This document shows, in pieces, positions 63,808-64,000 of a stretch of 64,000 nucleotides of DNA; position 1 is the first letter of the stretch, and the number at the start of each line of letters is the position of its first letter. Under the pieces are notes generated by a model that ran no database searches, had not been told where the DNA came from, and saw only the letters and a list, made by a program, of their open reading frames with translations. The stretch spans positions 5,152,001 to 5,216,000 of the forward strand of contig OZ244561.1 in the NCBI GenBank assembly GCA_965217585.1, in the 5' to 3' direction. A program made the position numbers and the translations under genes. The DNA is from Candidatus Latescibacterota bacterium (GTDB lineage Bacteria; Latescibacterota; UBA2968; UBA8231).

Positions 63808-64000
63808 TTATTGGGCCGGGTCGGCGGGAGTGTTGGAGTTGTTCAAGCGCTCTTGGTCGGCATAGGGATAGAAATCTCGATTGCGTTCAAACATATCGGC
63901 CGAAGGGCCAGGTTGTCCCAAGCGCCGGCTGTCTTCCCAGCCAGTGCCATTGAGAAAAAGTTCCGCCCGCCGCTGCCGAAAAATTTCATCTAACACGGCT
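63808..64000 (-). CDS. C-terminus of RagB/SusD-like protein (5' part outside window)
   Basis: IFRQRRAELFLNG.GWEDSRR and FYPYADQERLNN resemble the SusD C-terminal motif. Confidence 0.6.
   Translation of the reverse strand, partial: AVLDEIFRQRRAELFLNGTGWEDSRRLGQPGPSADMFERNRDFYPYADQERLNNSNTPADPAQ

Overview
GC-rich bacterial chromosomal window with no rRNA, tRNA or CRISPR array that I can see. Left (0.8-9.7 kb, minus strand): a corrinoid-dependent methyl-transfer operon (uncharacterised Cys/His-repeat protein, MtaA/CmuA-family methyltransferase, corrinoid protein, ASKHA/RACo activator, MetF-MetV fusion, pterin-binding methyltransferase). It has a FadR-type palindrome in its predicted promoter spacer and is interrupted by an AT-richer, translationally coupled three-gene cassette led by a Tse2-like ADP-ribosyltransferase-fold protein, and by a VOC gene. 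Middle (9.9-47.5 kb): mostly housekeeping genes (FadR regulator, lipA, S41 protease, coaX, M23 peptidase, LptE-like lipoprotein, transporters, RarA fusion, enolase-superfamily enzyme plus divergent RibB, DsbD, gnd, pgi, AddAB, Zn-dehydrogenase). Right (47.6-63.7 kb): a defence island with type III R-M res and mod, an IetAS-like AAA ATPase/S8 protease pair, an ABC-type AAA ATPase and two IS elements with visible IRs and TSDs. It also holds a series of antitoxin-type genes whose usual toxin partners are absent or reduced to stubs. All family calls come from motif recognition by eye; no database searches were run.
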